A program made the position numbers and the translations under genes. The notes under the pieces are model-generated. The model saw only the letters and a program-made list of their open reading frames with translations, searched no databases and was not told where the DNA came from. A stretch of 64,000 bases of DNA from Lama glama (lineage: Eukaryota). Below are positions 40,030 to 53,174 of the stretch, piece after piece. Every line of letters begins with the position of its first letter. Positions within the stretch are counted from its first letter, which is position 1. The stretch is taken from the NCBI GenBank assembly GCA_028534125.1, contig CM052816.1, positions 34,536,001 to 34,600,000 on the forward strand. The letters run 5' to 3'.

Positions 40030-40151
40030 CATAAAAATTTTTAAAGTATATATATATATTTAAAAATTTTTAAAGTATATATATATAAATATATATATAC
40101 TTTATTTATATATATATATTTAAAAATTTTTAAATATATATATATATATAT
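40030..40151. repeat. AT-rich compound repeat of tttaaaaatttttaaa and (TA)n; includes a 40-bp perfect palindrome
   Basis: Three copies of taaaaatttttaaa separated by TA runs; 40107-40146 equals its own reverse complement. Confidence 0.92.
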
Positions 40152-40728
40152 CAGGCACTAAGAATTAAGATGAAATTTAAAACTTAAGGAAAAATAAGGG
40201 TTAATATGTGTGTATAAATATTCTTACAAATCAGTACGAAAAAGTACATGACCAAGCAATTCAAAAAAGGCTCTGCCTGTATACATGAGAAAATATGGAA
40301 CACTATCACTAATCAAAAATGCAAATTTTTTAACCCTTAAATTGGTCAAAGTTATGGGAAAAATTACACCACTGCCCAATGTGCAGAGAAATTGGTACAT
40401 TTCTATATAAAAGATTGAAGAATACACTGAAACAACCTTTTCAGGGGTCACTTTGATAATATGCTCCAAAAAACTTTTAAAATACTAAGCCCCTTTGACC
40501 CAGTAATTCCATTTCTAGGACAAAGTTGGGACATAAGGATTTCAATGGAAAAGTTTCAAATCACTTTTTCCGCGATGAACCAGAATCAAGGAAAAGAAGA
40601 ATGTGAAGAAATAGCTGAAGTTTCAGACATAAAGCTAAGAATTTTCACCTTCTAAAAATACAACACTTGTTCCACTGTACGATTAATGTTTGATATTACC
40701 AAAGTAAAAAAAAAAAATTAAAACAAAC

Positions 40729-40900
40729 CTTTTAACAGCATCCTTCTTCTGAATATCTATAGTATCCCACCACTTTGAAAGGTAAGAGATCTCAGACCAC
40801 ATAAATTTCCTCCGTGGGTCTTCTTTCAACTTGGTGACCATGTTATTAAAAATATACTGAGTCTTCTCTCTAAAGTAGTCCTCAAAAGTCTTCAACCAAC
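40729..40900 (-). CDS. MAN2A1: MAN2A1 exon 4 equivalent, 172 bp
   Basis: (G)WLKTFEDYFREKTQYIFNNMVTKLKEDPRRKFMWSEISYLSKWWDTIDIQKKDAVK. Acceptor aatttag|GTT, donor AAG|gtttgt. Phase fits both neighbours. Confidence 0.98.
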
Positions 40901-42937
40901 CTAAATTAAGACACAAATACACCACAAAGGTATGATTCATATATCTGATTTAAACGCAGTCACATTCTATTGCTTTACCTTTGGATAACCTTAGATGTTT
41001 CATTCGTATAAAGATATATTTAAAAATTTAGCAAATGTTATCAATTAATGAAATTCCATTTTAATGGACATGAGACTCAAAAAGTCACTACCACTGAAAA
41101 GATAAAAACACTCTGAAAATTGTACAAATTCAGATATTAATAAGAAAATGAGAAAGTCAAAAAGCATTTATTCATACTTAACAATTATAGTATCTAATTA
41201 TTTATAATTTCTCTAATTTAAGGAGTTTTTTAAATGTAAAAAATCTGAATGGTATTAACAAATTGGCAGTAACACTCTCACAATATGGAATCACAATCTT
41301 ATCCTCTCATGTGGCATCTAAAATTTCCTCTCCTTTAAGTAAGTTAGACTAAGGAAAAGAAAATCCCAAGTACAAACTGTATCATAAAGACCACAGCGAG
41401 TCTGTAAGATAATTACAGCACTATTACGAATACTGAGAAGAATTCTGCCAAAAACAGGCATTAGTTTTCAAAAGGCTGTTTATGATTCCATTTTTTGAAG
41501 CACCAATGGACAATAATCAAACAGCAAATGTGTACACATCTATGGAAAGTGTTTTCAAAAAAAAATTGTTAATGTTGACAACTTAGTTCTTTTGACTTTT
41601 CCTACTACCTCTCAAATATCCTGGGAATTTTATCTAAAGACATTTGCAATTTGACTATAAAGAAACATTTTTAACAAGACCCATAGCTCCAAATATAGCC
41701 CCATCTGGCAGAACAATAAAGCAATGTGATGAGTGGCTGAGGCAAAATTATACACAGCCACCAATTCCACTTACTGGTGGCAGACCAAGTGTTCCCTGTG
41801 GAGAATAACCTCTTGCCTGTGAAATCTTACAGGAAGGGGAGTTTCTATATATTCAGGTCCAACTACTGCTCTATTGTGTCCAGGCCTCCAACATGTGGGA
41901 GGTCTAAAAAATATGGGGTCAAACTGACTATTTCTTCTGTCTACGATTAAGTGAATATTCACTGTATGCCGTATTTGCCAGCAAAAAACATAATAAAAAC
42001 CTGCCAGGGCAGAGAAGGCAATATACTATTTTGACAATACAAATATGAGCTTCTAAGGAGCACTGCCACTGTGATTGTATTTCTCTGCTTTAACTGGGAT
42101 CTATTCATTCATTCTACAATTACTTACTGAGCACCCACAAAGCATGCAGTTTGACGACAAGTATGCAGCTATGAGCCAAACAGAAATATAGTGTGTTAAA
42201 ATATTCTTTATAGGACTTTCTTGATCTGGTGTACTTTTAAGCTGGTTTGTCACCAAAGAAAGCTACCTGAATAATTCGACTTTTCCACGTTTAAATAAGA
42301 AGACTGTACCTACAGAAATCCCAAAGATATCTCATGAAATAGTGGTTTGCAAAGAATCCTGTCTTGCTTCACAAAGGTATGAAACTGGACCCCTGCCCCA
42401 GAGCACTGAGGCCAGGATCCACACCTGGATTTCCAGGGGCAAGCAAAGAAAATTCAACGTGTCCTTAAATGGAGATGCTCTAACTCCCTACTGACCAAGC
42501 AGCACCCCTGAGAGACAAAAATATCAACTGCTTAGACCTTAGCCCAGGATATAAGAGGACTTGATAAATATTAGCTGCTGCTACTATTATTATTATCAGA
42601 ATCATCGTGAGTCTTTAATTGCCACTTTCATATCTCTACAATCAAACCAGGTCAAAGGGGAAATAAAATATATTCCTAACATCTAATTTTGAAAAGCGTA
42701 TAATTTATTTAAAACATTTAAAAAACAGCTCCACGTCTTAAACATATTGGTTACCCAACACTTCTATTTGCATAGAATTCATTTTATACCTGTTATGAGC
42801 TATACTGTGTCTCCCTGAAATTCATATGTTGAAGTCCTAACACCCAGTACCTCAGAATGTGACTGTACTTAGAAATAAGGTCTTCACAGAGATAACGAAA
42901 GTAAAACGAGGTCATGAGAATGGGCCCTAATTCAATA

Positions 42938-45311
42938 CAGGCATAACTCGTTTTATTGCACTTTGCTTTATTTTGCTTCACAGGTATTGCATTTTCCTTT
43001 TTCCTTTTTTTTTTTTTTTCAACAAACTGAAGGTTTGCGGCAACCTCTGTCAAACAAATCCATCAGCACCATGTTTTCAACAGCATTTACTCACTTTGTG
43101 TCTGTCACATTTTGGTAATTCTCATCATATTTCAAATTTTAAAATTATTATTACACTTGTGAGGGTGTACTGTGATCAGTGATCTTTGACGTTACTACTG
43201 CCATTGTTCTGGGATGACACGAACCACATCCACGTAAGACAGTGAACTGAATCAATGTTCTAATTGCTGCACTGACTGGCCATTCCCCATCTCTCCCCTT
43301 CTCCTCCAGTCTCCCTGTTCTCTGAGACACAACAATATTGAGATTAGGCCAGTTAATAACTCTGCAACTACCTAAGTGTTCAAGTGAAAGGAAGAGATAC
43401 ATGTCTTTCACTTTTAATCAAAAGCTAGAAGTGATTAAACTTAGTGAGGAAGGTGTGTTGAAAGCTAAGACATGCCAAAAGCCAGGCCTCTCACACTAAA
43501 ACAGGTAGCCAAGTTGTGCATGCAAAGGAAAAGTCCTTGAAGGAAATGAAAAGTGCTACTCCAGTGAGCACACGAATGATAAGAAAGCAAAACAGCCTTA
43601 CTGCTGATGGGGAGAAAGTTTTAGTGGTCTGGATAGAAGATCACACCAGCCACAACATTCCCTTAAGCCAAAACCTAATCCAGAGCAAGGCCCTAATTCT
43701 ATTCAATTCTTTGAAGGCTGAGAGAGGTGAGGAAGATACAGAAGAAAAGTATGAAGCTAGTAGAGGCTGGTTCATGAGGTTTAAGGAAAGAAGGCATCTC
43801 CATAGCACAAGGTGAAGCAGCAAGTGCTGATGAAGAAGCTGTAGCAAGTTACCCAGAAAAATCTAGCTAAGATCATTACTGAAAGAGGCTATGCTAAACA
43901 AGAGATTTTCAATGTAGACAAAACAGCCTTCTGTTGGAAGAAGATGCCATTTAGGGCTTTCTCAGCTCAAGAGGAGAAGTCAATGCCTGGATTCAAAGCC
44001 TCAAAGGACAGGCTGACTGTCTTGTTAGGGGCTAATACAGCTGGTGATTTGAAGCTGAAGCCAACGCTCATTTATCATTCCAAACGTTTCAGAGCCCTTA
44101 AGAATTATGCTACATCTACTCTGCCTATGCTTTGTAAATGGAAGAACAAAGCCTGGATCATAGCACATCTGTTTACAATAGGGTTTACTGAATATTTTAA
44201 GCCCACTATTAAAACCTTCTACTCAGAAAAAAAGAATCCTTTCAAAATAGTATTGCTCGTTGGCAATGGTCACCTGGTCACTCAACAGCTCTGATGGAGA
44301 GACCACGAGATTTATGTTGTTTTCACGCCTGCTCACATAAAAACCACTCTACAGCTTGTGGATCAGGTAATTTCAACTTTCAAGTCCTATTCTTTAAGAA
44401 ATACTTTTCTTAAGGATATAGCTGCCATAGATGATGATTCCCATGATGGATCTGGGCAAAGTCAATTGAAAATCTCCTGGAAAGGATTCACCTGTCTAGA
44501 TGCCATGAAGAACATTTGTGATTCATTGGAAGGGGTCAAAATATTAACATTAACAGGAATTTGGAAGATGCTGATTCCAGCCCTCATGGATAACTAAAAG
44601 GGGTTCAAGACTTCAGGGGAAGAAGTCACCACAAAGGTGAAAAGAGCAAGAGGAGAATTAAAAGTGGAGCCTGAAGATGACTGGTTGCTGCAATATCCTG
44701 ATAAAACTTTAACGAATGAGGAGCTGCTTCTTATAGATGAGCAAAGAAAGTGGTTTATTAAGATGGAATCTATTCCTGGTGAAGATGTTGTGAAGATTGT
44801 TGAAATGACAATTAAGGAGTTACAATATTACATAAATGTAATTGGTAAAGCAGCAGCGACAAGAACTGACTCCAGTTTTGAAAGAAGTCCTACTGTGGGC
44901 AAAGTGCTATCAAATAGCATTGCATGCTACAGAAAAATTATCCATGAGAGGAAGAGTCAATTGATATAGCAAACTTCATTGTCATTTTGTTTTAGGAAAC
45001 TGACACAACCACTTCAGCCTTCAGCAACCAACACTGTGATCACTCAGCAGCCATCAATATTGAGGCAAGACCCTCCACCAGCAAAGAGATTACAAGGAAG
45101 ACTCAGATGATGGTTAGCACCTTTTAGCAATAAAGTATCTTTAATTAAGGTCTGTATATTGTCTTTTTTTAGACATAATGTTATTGCACACTTTGACTAC
45201 AGTATAGTGTAAACACAATTTTTATATGCACTGGGAAACCAAAATATTTGTGTGACTCACTTTATTGCAGGGGTCTGGAAACCAAACCTGCAATATCTCT
45301 AAGGTACCATG
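42938..45311 (+). mobile_element. Near-full-length Tigger1 DNA transposon (~2.37 kb)
   Basis: TA|CAGGCATAACTCG left TIR; degenerate right TIR aaggtaccatg|TA; internal pogo-type transposase remnants. Confidence 0.93.
43400..44969 (+). pseudogene. Disrupted Tigger1 transposase (CENP-B-type HTH and DDE)
   Basis: Consecutive broken ORFs: [23 protein letters not shown]...[44 protein letters not shown]. Multiple stops and frameshifts. Confidence 0.9.
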
Positions 45312-47169
45312 TATGTCCTCATTAGAAGAGGCAGTTTGGGACACAGACACACACAGAGGGAAGACCACGTGAAGACAATGGGAGAAGAATGGTCACCTAC
45401 AAGCTAAGACAAGAGGCCCTCAGAAGAAACAAACCCTTGAGACACCTTGATTTTGAACTTTTAGCCTCCAGAACTGTAAGGGAATAATTTTCTGTTGTTT
45501 AAGCTACCCCATCTGTGGTACTTTATTAAGGCAGCCCTAGCAAACTAATACATCACTAGAAAAAAATGTGTAATTACTATCCAAAAAATAAAGATCACAA
45601 TGTGGAGAGAATCTGCCAAGTACCATCGTAATGCCTAATATACACCTATCTCTGTATTGAAAGACTCAGTTGAAATCAAATGTATGTAACATCTATTTTT
45701 GTACTGTGCTATTATATATGCAATAAGAGCCATGTAAATTATTTAAATGGCTCTATTAGAACTGTTATCCCTAAGACATTACATATACCTTCTACCTAAA
45801 TTTTAACAAAGACCAAAATTAATCCCTAATTATTCGGCTAATAACTCAATTAAAGAAAATAAGTAAGAACAGTGGAATGTCTCCAAAATTAACTTAGTAA
45901 TAATAAACTAGACTTCAAGCATAAAAGACAAATTTAGAAGAAATGGTCCTTATGAAGATCAATAAAAGAAAGGGATTTTTTAAAAGTACAATTCTTTATT
46001 TCCATCAGTTACACTTTGTTATGAAGTCGGACCATTTCAAAGAATAGTTTATCACAGGAGTTTTCATAGAGGAATCACAGTGATTGACTAATCCATTTTG
46101 CCTTCAACACTCCATTCGCCCTTCAACAATCATGCAGAAAATATGTCAAAGATATTTACGTGAGCCAAAACACAAGCTCAGAGATGTCAACTTAAAAGCC
46201 TTCCATAAAACTCATCTATAATAGATACTAATATCACTACAGTAAAGCACAATTAATGAAGAATGAACTGAAAGATAGCCTCTTGCAGCTTTCAATATTG
46301 AGTAATATAACAGTAAATTAGCTTTTATTGCTCTTATACAATAGAGTAATCAAGTATTCCCTTTTACACTGAATTGGCTCTTTCTCTCTCCAAATTACTA
46401 TAAAACTCCAATTGTATATTAACATGAGACCAATCACAAAGATAGTATTTTATAAAAAGTTGTATGGGATGAATTTTTGTGACATAAAATCATATTCCTA
46501 CTTCTTGATTTAATAATCTCAGGACATTCAGCGGCAAACTGATTTTCTTAAGCGGTCAATTCACAGCCTTAGAACAGCATTAAGAATACCTTTATTCCTT
46601 TTCACTCTAACAACACTATCACTCATAATTCAGCTAATCACTATGTCAAGTAAGTGGGGAAATTTTAAAAAATAAAGAGTAAATAGAAGTTCTATATAGC
46701 AGATATAATTTCAAATTCACTTATCACTATTGTATCATAAAAATGTAACGTCTAAAATGTAAATAAAGTTGAAAACTCTTACTGCTTATCTTTAATGTGC
46801 ATGAACAATTAAGCACCTACTAACTGCTCATTGATAAAACACATTTCTTTTTTTTTTTTTCTTAATTTGGACCCTTGATTTAGCTTCACAATCTACAGAC
46901 TTTGTGGAGATCTCATCCTCTTAAGGAACATAGTATTATTTGGTTCAAGGGCATACACAGCACCACCCTTAGGACCTGGGCAGGAGTGTCCCGCTCTGAG
47001 CACTGGACTCTGCAGGGATTCCCCCCATTTTTCATCTGACCACATCCCATCCCACATGATAAATCCACAGGGTGAAGAACATGCCCACCCAGCACCTGCC
47101 CTGCCCTGCCCTTCTGAGTCCCTGGGACCCAGAAGTCTGTGTCTGAACATCCCCAAGCCAGTTTCTAGA

Positions 47170-47590
47170 GACTTCTATATGGCCTTTCCTGTCAAGGTAG
47201 TTAACTTGTAGGTGGTGAACTCCCCAGCCTGGGCAGTGGCCAAGGGACTGAAGTTTGCAGGAGTGTGGGAAGAGTGCAGGGATGTCTGCAAGAAGATCCC
47301 TCCTGTGCTAGGACAGGGCTGGGTCTGAAAGGAGAGGACGCTCTGCTGCCTACAGGCTGGCTCCCCTCCACACACACCAGCACATTTCACTGCTTCAGTG
47401 TGTCTGAAGCCCGAGCAACCTAACTCACCCTGGGCCTGCCGTTTCACTGAGCTACTTCTCCAGGTGGAAGGAAAGGATTCATTTTATTTGGAAATGTATT
47501 AGTTTCATTTTTAATGTTAAAATGTTTAGACATAGCGTCTGAGGGCCTCCGTGTACTTTTGCCCCAGGTCCTGCAAATTTTAGAAGTCTA
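47170..47590 (-). mobile_element. MER96B-like hAT element (left boundary uncertain)
   Basis: gggcctcc...gtacttttgccccaggtcctgcaaattttag resembles the reverse of a recalled MER96 terminus. Confidence 0.4.
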
Positions 47591-48439
47591 AATACCTGCT
47601 ACATACAACCTGAACTTCAAACCAGTCAATTCTCAAGAATCTGGCACCTGGTACAAAGTCTATGACAGCAAGAGTTCAGTAAGTACCTGATAGATTAATG
47701 AAGTAAATGGACAGAAGGACTGGAAAAAAAAAAAAAAGGCATGTGGAGTAAAAAGGCAAATTTGCTACTTCAACTAGAAACGAAAGGTAAAAGAATACCA
47801 CATACTGTTATATCTACCACGTTCACGGTCTGTTCTGATACTAACCTAATAATCTTTGAACCATATCTTTAAGTTTCTATTTTATATTTCAAAAGGCTCT
47901 GTCATCCCCAAGATGATTTAAAACATACATCCAGGAGAAGGCATGGCCCTCAAGTCATTGTTACACTGCTATGGTTTTAACTGCTACAATAATGATTTTT
48001 TAACGAGTACATTAATTCCACTCAAAAGTTAAAGTATCAATTTTTAAGAAAACATAAAAAGATTCTGAATCAAAAAATAATTATACCCAGGTAAAAAACA
48101 TTTAAAAAAAATACAACCTAAGCTTCAAGATATTTCCATTTTAACATAATCTCAAATTTTAAAATAAACACAGAGTTCATTAAAAAGAAACCTCTTTTTT
48201 TTAGGAAGTTACTCTGTATCAACAAAGATCAACAGGTTTCTTTCATCATTTGTCAAACCCTTCAATATTTGACTGCAATATCCAACCTTACACTTGAGGA
48301 AGGGGTCACATACAATTTTAATTGGTATTACAATAACTCACATGCTGATTAATTTTAATTCCAACGTTCTATTATGAAGTAAGCTTATTATTCCCCCCTG
48401 ATAAACTGTGAAAGAGTTTTAATTAATGTTCTGTTCTGG

Positions 48440-49080
48440 TTTATTCATTCCAACACAAACCAAGCATCTAATAAGGGCAAGCAATAAAGCTAAGCTAAAT
48501 GAAAACAGATTCTACAGTGAAAATATGAACCAAATGCCATGGGAATAAAGAAATGGTAAATTCCTACCAGAAGGACAGGAGAGAGATTCTTAGATTAGAC
48601 ATCATCTGGTTAGAGAGAAAAGGTGGCAGTTCCAAATAGAGGGAAGAGCATATGGAAAAAACACTAAGCCATGAAATTATGTGTCAATTTCAGGGAGCAG
48701 ACGGCAGCTGAGTATGACTGCACTGCAGCTTACATGGTGGAGTATGGTGAAAAAATAGAAGTGGGGGGTCAGATCACTGTAAAACTCCTAAAGGATTTTT
48801 ATTTCTTACCAATAGCTTAGGAAGAAGGAAGTTAAGGTTTTCTGAGCTCTGTTTTCAAAAATAACTATACTGTGAGTGTAAAGGGTAGACTAACAAGGTA
48901 AAGTATGAGAAAAACAGGAAATGAAAACATGATAATAATTCTGCTAAAAAATGGTAATAGATTGCAGCGGAAACAGACAAAGGAGAATAAGAGGTCAAGA
49001 TGGCAAAATGAAGTGAATTTAGTAACTAACCTAAGTTTCCAGAAGACAGTAGAGTCGAAGATGAGCTGAGTCTTTGGAAA
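48440..49080 (-). mobile_element. L2 fragment
   Basis: tttattcattccaacacaaac..., ttccaaatagagggaagagcatatggaaaaa. Confidence 0.55.
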
Positions 49081-50039
49081 CCTAGAAACCTGCTGATTCC
49101 TCTAAATGCTTTTGAACTCGGGTTTCAAAAAAAAAAACCTAGCCTTTCCTCCAGGTGATTCAGTGTCAGCTAATAGTTTTCAAAGCATATCAACTTCACT
49201 TCCATTAAGTTGTTTGAGATACAGTATTTTTTGAACCCACGTAAGATGTTGTCACTGGAAATTCTGTATCATGCCGAAGAACCCATTTGCATTACTATTA
49301 GGACAGCTGGGGTTTTGTTCACCCTGAAGCTGTTATGTCTATAACAGCCAAATGTGACCCCTAACTGCACTGCTTTTCTAAATGCCCTTTAAAAGGGCTG
49401 CATACCTTGATACCTGATACCTGTAACTGTGAGATCAACCTCCAAAATATTGTCTAAATCTGCTAACATTACTTCCCTCCCTTGTTAAGAATTTCATCCA
49501 TGAGGATCTATTCACACTGGATGAGGACACTTCAGGTCTAATATGTCTTTCCCAAATGGACTTGGTTGCGTGAAATAATAGAAAGTGTCTATAATATGAG
49601 AGACATCATTAGAAGTAAAAAAAAAAAAAGTGACTTCCTTTGAGGCATTAGTCTCAGGATATGTGGAATCCACTTACTTGGCCTTATGATTAAGCCAATA
49701 CTAGGCAAATTACCAAAGTTTCTAGAAGAAACGATTTTTAAAAGCTGAAAAATATTGCATCTAAATCACTTTCTAATTGTAAAATGTGTGACAGTGCGGA
49801 AAACCATTCACCATCTCATGTACTAATGCAGTATTTAAGGACAAAGACATTCATTTTAATAAGGAAAAGACAAGAAAAAAGGGATAGGAAACAGTGCAGT
49901 GAAGTATCTACTTCAGGAAGATAGTTTATACAATGTTTTATATGATAATAATACTAAAGTAGATGGCATTTGGCTTGGAAAAATTTAAAAGACTTTCTTC
50001 CTAGAAGCTCTCCTGTGGTTTCAAAAGTATGACTTGTAA

Positions 50040-50282
50040 GAGGCAGTATTAAATAATGGTCACAAGTCCTGATTCCAGAGCAAGAAAGCTTGTGTCCAAA
50101 CCCAACCCTGCCACAGACACATCACTTATCCTCTTTCTGTCTTAGTTTTCTCATCTTTGAAATGAGGGTAAAAGCAGGATTTCTGTAATAAAATTGCTGA
50201 GAGGAGTGATGGACTCATCATATGTAAAGTACCTGTAACAGTGCCTGGAACACAGTAAATTCCCACAGTACTAGTAATTATT
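50040..50282 (+). mobile_element. MIR SINE
   Basis: tcttagttttctcatctttgaaatgaggg...atgtaaagtacctgtaacagtgcctggaacacagtaaat. Confidence 0.8.
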
Positions 50283-50551
50283 TGTATAATCAGGGTACTG
50301 ATGAGTTCTGAAGCACCCAGGATTGAGGACAGAAAAAAGTATTCAAAATAGGGGAGGTGGGCCATATTTAATGATCACCTACATCTCTCAGATGCTACCT
50401 GACATATGTGCTCCTAAGGATTACAGTCCAGGCAAAGCCCAAACAATTAGATTTTTTTTCCCTCTAAAAAAGGGACCAATACATGAATTCTACAGATCTC
50501 TTAAGACAATGCTAAATATGTAACTCTTAAATGCCACAACTTCTTAACAAT

Positions 50552-50739
50552 TAAGATTGCCAGATAGAATACAGGATACCAAGTTAAATTTGAACTTCAG
50601 ATAAATAATGAATAAATGTTCAGTATAAGCACATCCCGTATGATATTTGGGACACATGTAAAAAAATTATTCATTATTGGAAATTTAAATTTAAATGTGC
50701 AGCTCAGTTTTTTTTTTCCAGCTGTATCTGGCAACCCTA
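50552..50739. mobile_element. MER53-like palindromic hAT MITE with perfect 8-bp TSD
   Basis: TIRs taagattgccagata...tatctggcaacccta; TSD ttaacaat at 50544-50551 and 50740-50747; internal inverted arms. Confidence 0.88.
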
Positions 50740-50837
50740 TTAACAATCCAAAGTTCTAGTAAGTGTGCTAAATTAGCTAATGCCTATAAAGCAAGAAGGA
50801 AGAAGTACCAGCATCATTTGAACTCACTAAAGTATCT

Positions 50838-51070
50838 TGAGAAGCAGTATAGTAAGTGGAAAGAACATGGATCTAAGAATCAGGCAAATCTGAGCTCCAA
50901 TTCCCCATCCTCTGCCAATTTATGACTGACTGAACTTAAACAAATTACTATACCTACTTTAGCTTCACTGCCCTCACCTGGTAGTGGAGTTCAATTTACC
51001 ACTCTTCAGGGCTGCAGAACAGACTACGGGAAATAGCACACACCCGACGTACCCTGAGGCAGGACAGGCA
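50838..51070 (+). mobile_element. MIR SINE (degenerate)
   Basis: gagaagcagtatagtaagtggaaagaacatggatct...aatctgagctccaattccccatcctctgcca. Confidence 0.65.
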
Positions 51071-53133
51071 ACGAGTGCCAATCTGTCCATCATACTGTCT
51101 TAGCTCCAGAAATTCAAACTTCCTGTCCAGCGGCCAAAACCAAAGCACTCACTTTATCCCACAATAACAAATAGAAAAAACTACTCCCCGCACTGTGCCC
51201 ACATACAAACCCTTCCCTCTCCTGACCACCTTGTTCCAGCCTGCAGGCAGGCTCCCCTGGCAGCCAGAGTTCTGTCCCCACTGCCTTTCCCCCTCACAGG
51301 CATTACTCGACCAGGGCTGACCAGGGCTGTTCTCTTCTGACTGTGCTGAACAACATTTGAACAGAAAAGCTTTAAAATAAAATTACACTGTGCTCTCCTC
51401 ACATGTATTTGTTCTTTTTCACAAACTTTTTAAGAATAAGGATACATAAACTCATTTCAAATTATACTATACTAAATGCAAAAATCTGTTCTCTTAATTT
51501 TCGAAAAAAAAAAGACTGAAAAATCCTAATCATTTATTTGAGTCCATAAAAATTCTACAAAAGAAATGAAAGCGCAAAGAAGAAAATTATTTTCTAGTGT
51601 GGCTCTTAGGCACAGGTCTTACTTCTGTTTTGGAGTCATACTACATGGGTATTATTTTCCACTGTTCATTTTACAAACTGCTTAACTAACAATATGCTGT
51701 CCAATTTTCCATTTAGTATACCTTATCTTCTCTCTACACGCTGCGATTCTTTTAAAGGAAAATTAACTAAATATTTCAGCAGTTTAACTAGTGGGAAGCA
51801 AAGAATTAAGATTGCAGATACAAAGGTGCTGTAATTGTGTTTTAATCAGCTTATTAAATACAACATGAACACGTATCAATCAACTAACATTTAATTTCAT
51901 GGTCGATGATTCAAAACTTTTCAAAAGCATAACAGTACAAAGTTATCAACATTTACTTGATAATTCCTTTCCAACTTTAACTTGTATAAAATACTGTACG
52001 ATAACTGTTACATGTCCTTCTGGACTGGAAGAGGACATAATTAGGAATTTTATTAAAATACACATACAATTTGAAATTTATCTTTCCAATTTGGTTCAGA
52101 AAGAAAAATATCTCCATATATAAAAAATGCAGCAACATAATTCTTTAGATGACTAAATACAGGAATCTTTAAAAAATTTATTTCAAATATTTCTATCCCC
52201 AACAAACACTGATAAGCTGAGCTAACGTTTGTTTTAAACTGTTGTTTCAGAAAATGCAAACAAATCTCCATAAATCTTATTTAGAAAGCAAATTGCCTAA
52301 CTGCACATTCATTTAGGAATATTACACAAAGATTTCTCATCACAGAGTCACATTTTGACTTAGAACGTATGTGCACATACTTACCTCTTTTCCTGCACCA
52401 AGAGTGGTTTTTCATGATCTGAATGGTTCAGTTTTTCAAAGAATAGTTTAGTTTATCTAAATTCTACTTTTGTTAAGGAGCGGTGAAAATTTATTAAGAA
52501 AAGTCCATGAGTTCTTTTCTCTAGCATTTTGCTTGACAGCAAAAATCACTTTTGTTTTAAAAGGTCTGTTTCTGACCATTATTTTTGACTCAAGTGGAGA
52601 AGGGCCTGAGGGTAAGGGTCATTAACATCTCTCACTAAGACAAAAAGATTCAACCATGGTTGCTAGGATACCAACAGACAGATTCATTTATTACAGCCAG
52701 GAACAGTTATGAGGAATGTCTTCTCACAGAACAACATACTAACTGCAAAAGAAACCTTAATGCAAACAAAGTCTAAAAGGCAGAGACAATGCCTGCCCTT
52801 TAAGAGCTTAATAGCGTGTCTGTTGTTGGTATTTAAGATTACAAAGTTCATTTTACATATGATATTTTTTAAAGGAAGAGAAGTAGACAACAGGAAGAAG
52901 GGAAGGCAGAAAGTTAAAGAAAAGTGCAGGCAGAGGAATAAGTCATCCTTTTCATGAGTCTGCTGAGTCAGATTCTTTCATTCACTAACTTATTTAACTA
53001 AATGAGTCTGTACTATGCGCTGGTTACTGTTCAAGGTACCAGCAACCCTGTGGTTAATAAGATAAAGTTCGAGCCCTCATTGAGCTTCAATCCTAATGAA
53101 GAGACCAAACAAAAGTTAGTATCTGTGCCTAAA

Positions 53134-53138
<5 letters not shown>

Positions 53139-53172
<34 letters not shown>
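53139..53172 (+). repeat. (GT)17 microsatellite
   Basis: Perfect dinucleotide run. Confidence 0.97.

Positions 53173-53174
<2 letters not shown>

Larger units (their letters stand above)
42791..45552 (+). mobile_element. MLT1B-like MaLR solo LTR split by Tigger1 (arms 42791-42937 and 45312-45552)
   Basis: TG...CA ends; aattcatatgttgaagtcctaacacccagtacctcagaatgtgactgta in the left arm; agcctccagaactgt...ttctgttgtttaagc...gcagccctagcaaactaataca in the right arm. Confidence 0.88.

Noticed and set aside
43516..44969. Possible domesticated TIGD1-like gene nested in the intron
   Set aside because: The transposase is split into at least four ORFs by stops and frameshifts and retains TIRs, so it is a fossil.
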